Positions 6,718 to 8,789 of a stretch of 8,789 bases of DNA are shown in pieces. The stretch is taken from positions 1 to 8,789 of the forward strand of contig NW_021828296.1 in the NCBI RefSeq assembly GCF_006345805.1. Direction: 5' to 3'. Origin of the DNA: Octopus sinensis (lineage: Eukaryota). A program made the translations under genes and the position numbers. The notes below the pieces were generated by a model. It searched no databases and was not told the origin of the DNA. It was given only the letters and a program-made list of their open reading frames with translations. How positions within the stretch are numbered: position 1 is the stretch's first letter; each line of letters starts with the position of its first letter.

Positions 6718-7110
6718 ATGAAGCTGTTAAAGATTTTTTGCTTCTCCACCCCCCACGACTTTGGGAGGGGTGGCCTTCCAATTTCCCCCTTTCTTTCTAC
6801 ATCTGTTGGCGACGTGGAACCGAATCCGGGGCCCGATTCTCTTGTTATTCTACAATTGAATGTCAATGGAGTCCGAAGTAAGGTCTTGGAGATACACTCC
6901 CTTTTATCCCGGCTAAAAGTGGACATTGCTCTCATCCAGGAGTCTAAACTCTCTGTGTCATCTTCAAACCACGGTTCCCTGGCTACACTGTACTGCGAAA
7001 AAAACCGGACGAGAAGTCTTGGTGGAGGACTATTGACAATTGTCAAGGATGGGCTTGTGTTTACCGACGTTCACAACATTCGTTCCTCCCTATGTAAAGG
7101 CGCCCTATAG
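5956..7110 (+). CDS. 384-aa chimeric ORF: partial R4-like RT / linker / 2A motif / N-terminal APE endonuclease; probably non-functional
   Basis: ORF track frame is open from the RT through GDVEPNPGP into DSLVILQLNVNG...DIALIQESKL...RSLGGGLLTIVK. It contains an internal RT deletion and an off-frame stretch (NHGSLATLYCEK; the neighbouring frame reads KPRFPGYTVLRK). Confidence 0.55.
   Translation: MVKLWEPQFTNELVKDMLKYVPDWKACGCDGTYNFFIKKMESLHEFLCNEVIRIIKGEYIPESWFYTGLTHLIPKKDDCENSKDLRPITCMPTLYKLVTKCVNVKLFDFVDGFGLISDNQLGTRKQCQGAKEQALINQCLNKEYGNSLYSAWVDVKKVFDAVDHQFLFHNENDLKELIGSVKLTREILQGDSLSPLLFVMVMDPLSRILNSKFPKLQINQEDLNMLTYSTNHLFFIDDLKIFPLKENTVIKMMKMKLLKIFCFSTPHDFGRGGLPISPFLSTSVGDVEPNPGPDSLVILQLNVNGVRSKVLEIHSLLSRLKVDIALIQESKLSVSSSNHGSLATLYCEKNRTRSLGGGLLTIVKDGLVFTDVHNIRSSLCKGAL
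6463..6488 (+). repeat. 26-bp exact direct repeat of Tc1 transposase sequence (7443-7468) inside the RT
   Basis: AATGAAAATGATTTAAAAGAATTGAT at 6463-6488 and 7443-7468; both copies translate NENDLKELI. Confidence 0.9.
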
Positions 7111-7200
7111 TTCAGCAATGGCTCTATAGAAGTTCCTTTTGCCATTCCAGATGACGTTTTTTATTTCGGAGCAAGCGTATTCTGCTTCTGGAGTTCGAAT
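6720..7200 (+). mobile_element. 5' part of a 2A-bearing APE-type LINE (Ingi/Vingi-like)
   Basis: Short leader, GDVEPNPGP, then APE motifs LQLNVNG, DIALIQESKL, GGGLL and SIEVPF. 2A-like peptides just upstream of APE are established in Ingi/L1Tc- and L2/Crack-type LINEs. Both boundaries approximate. Confidence 0.8.
6808..6834 (+). other. 2A/StopGo ribosome-skipping motif G-D-V-E-P-N-P-G-P
   Basis: GGC GAC GTG GAA CCG AAT CCG GGG CCC exactly fits D(V/I)ExNPG|P and is in frame with ORF 5956-7110. Confidence 0.85.
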
Positions 7201-7289
7201 GAACTCTGGAGCGAGTGCTATGTTCTGCGTATGGGATTGAACAGATCTAGAGAGGCTGATATTCGTTGAATGCACTTGAACTCCTTTTT

Positions 7290-7790
7290 AAATTATTGCC
7301 TTATATGAAACCAAAATGCCATTTCGGGCAATTTCTTCAAAAGTCGGGGTACATGAGGCAACATTGTCTAATTTTATCCAATGATACAAGAAGACAGGCA
7401 CGATTCATCGAAAAACCAGGATCTGGACGACCAAAAATACTTAATGAAAATGATTTAAAAGAATTGATAAAATATTCTAAAGAAAAACCAACAAAAAACA
7501 TCGAAAGAGATCTCAAATGAAATCGGGAAACTAACAAATAAAAAAATTTCATCAAGAACAATTATAAGAAATCTAAACAAAAATGGTATATTTCGGCGTG
7601 TCGCTGAAAAATAAACCATTTTTGAACAAAAAACACTGAAAAAAGATTGAAAATAACGAAAAAATTCCTAACCATATCTGATGGAAAAGTACAATTTTTT
7701 CGGATGAATGCGTTTTTCACGTGATTCCAAACAAAATAAGAAAAATAGTTTATAGGAAAAGCTGTGAAAAATTGTATATGAATTTTATAG
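7290..7790 (+). pseudogene. Tc1-family transposase remnant (paired HTH to first catalytic Asp)
   Basis: Across frameshifts: MPFRAISSKVGVHEATLSNFIQ*YKKTGTIHR/KPGSGRPKILNENDLKELIKYSKEKPT/KTSKEISNEIG..KKISSRTIIRNLNKNG..RVAENKPFL..H*KKRL...FSDE (SDE at 7700-7708). No TIRs found. Confidence 0.88.
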
Positions 7791-7794
7791 GAGT

Positions 7795-8185
7795 CTCAAA
7801 TTCAGTCTCTGGAATCGTATCTTATTCTTGATATCGTCGACCGAGAGAGCGAAGGAAGTAGAGCGTCTTGGGGCCGAAGATCCCGACTGGGGTAAAAAGA
7901 AACAAAACCGTGCTTGAGAATCTTGTGATTTTTGGCCAACCAGCCGAGTAATTTTTAGATAATTTTTGTTCGGGAAGGTTTCTGATAACGATTTCTAAGA
8001 GAGAACGGGAAGCAGAGTGAGCGGATAGGAATCTCGGAAGGGCCAGATAACAATAAGATCTGATGCCAAGGCCGCCCCAGCGCACAGGTAAAGATGCCTG
8101 GGTCCAGTCGGGGTCGTCAAAAGCCAGATGGCAGAGTGAGCTCGTACCAAGCTTCAGAATATCGCCAAAGCCCAAAAGAAGGTCA
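7795..8185 (-). pseudogene. CRE-clade-like RLE retrotransposon fragment: RT thumb joined to the endonuclease C-terminus
   Basis: ORF 8175-7822: FGDILKLG...FDDPDWTQASLPVRWGGLGIRS..LALPRFLSA (GGLG thumb motif). After a short spacer it reads FTPVGIFGPKTLYFLRSLGRR, like the ET(L/S)GxFGPxAxxFLxxLGRR motif that ends CRE-type endonucleases. Confidence 0.75.
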
Positions 8186-8198
8186 TTTTATTCCATAT

Positions 8199-8368
8199 AC
8201 CGGACGAGAAGTCTTGGTGGAGGAATATTGACAATTCGTTAAGGATGGGCTTGTGTTTACCGATGTCACTATTTTGGAGCAAATCTCTATAGAAGTTCCT
8301 TTTTCATCCTCAAGACGTTTTACATTGTGCAATGTATATGTCCCACCTCAGAGTTCGACGACTTCCCT
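8199..8368 (+). pseudogene. Second APE endonuclease fragment of the same Ingi/Vingi-like family
   Basis: 8199-8269 aligns to 7004-7074 with 5 differences over ~72 columns. CTCTATAGAAGTTCCTTTT is shared (8285-8303 / 7122-7140). Translates RTRSLGGGILTI/VKDGLVFTDVT/ILEQISIEVPFSSSRRFTLCNVYVPPQSS. Confidence 0.85.
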
Positions 8369-8399
8369 TATTCCAAAGTAACACCCAAAATCAAAAAAT

Positions 8400-8789
8400 A
8401 TAAATAATCCCAAAATTTCGATAAACTTTTGGATGAGAAGGAGAGATATAAAGTCGAACAACATTCAGAAACATTATCGTTCACGACATGCAACAACAAA
8501 GCATATTCCTTTTAATATCTTTATGGGAGTAAAGGGCATTTAGGCACCAAATTCAATTTGTTGAAAATGAAGTAACCGATGATGTAAATATTACGCAAAT
8601 TTGTTATCAACCTACGAGAATCTAACGAAAGCAGGAGAAAAAAATGAAAAACAAACGGAAATGGAAATTCGATGAAAACAATATTAAAGTCGTTTAAGGC
8701 GTGTTATGATACGATTTAAGGTCGGGGATAATGTTATATTACGGCAAGATATTGATGCTAATCCACAGAATAGAAATTATCCATTATAT
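8400..8789 (+). pseudogene. Decayed C-terminal part of an rve integrase, running off the window
   Basis: Across frameshifts: HYRSRHATTKHIPFNIFMGVKG (like the YN..H.AT..TPF.LF.GR motif) and RFKVGDNVILRQDIDANPQNRNYPLY (F..GD.VL motif preceding the integrase C-terminal domain). Confidence 0.55.

Noticed and set aside
6648-7561. Minus-strand ORFs 6648-7046 and 7337-7561
   Set aside because: They are antisense shadows of the RT/2A/APE and Tc1 coding sequences.

Overview
AT-rich eukaryote-type transposon graveyard. I see no intact host gene, rRNA, tRNA or CRISPR array, and the host cannot be identified from this window. Left to right: (i) a decayed retroviral-type integrase (minus, ~140-520); (ii) a pogo/Tigger DNA transposon (614-2582, TA target duplication completed at 3587-3588). 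It is internally deleted and carries three nested insertions: a 317-bp TSD-flanked element with a tRNA-like box, a 5'-truncated LINE 3' end, and a Buster-type hAT deletion derivative inserted in the last 8 bp of the right TIR, with one end triplicated; (iii) an unassigned GC-rich degenerate coding island (~3915-4799); (iv) an R4/Dong-like RLE retrotransposon whose RT runs in frame into a 2A (GDVEPNPGP)-APE segment of an Ingi/Vingi-like LINE; (v) Tc1, CRE-like, second APE and second integrase remnants. The most notable observations are the RT-2A-APE chimeric ORF, a 26-bp exact copy of Tc1 sequence at the RT deletion junction, an in-frame BED-finger/C-terminus mini-transposase, and the unassigned island. 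Family calls come from motif recognition by eye, without database searches. Paired repeats differ almost only by 1-bp indels, so sequencing or assembly error may explain many frameshifts and possibly some junctions.
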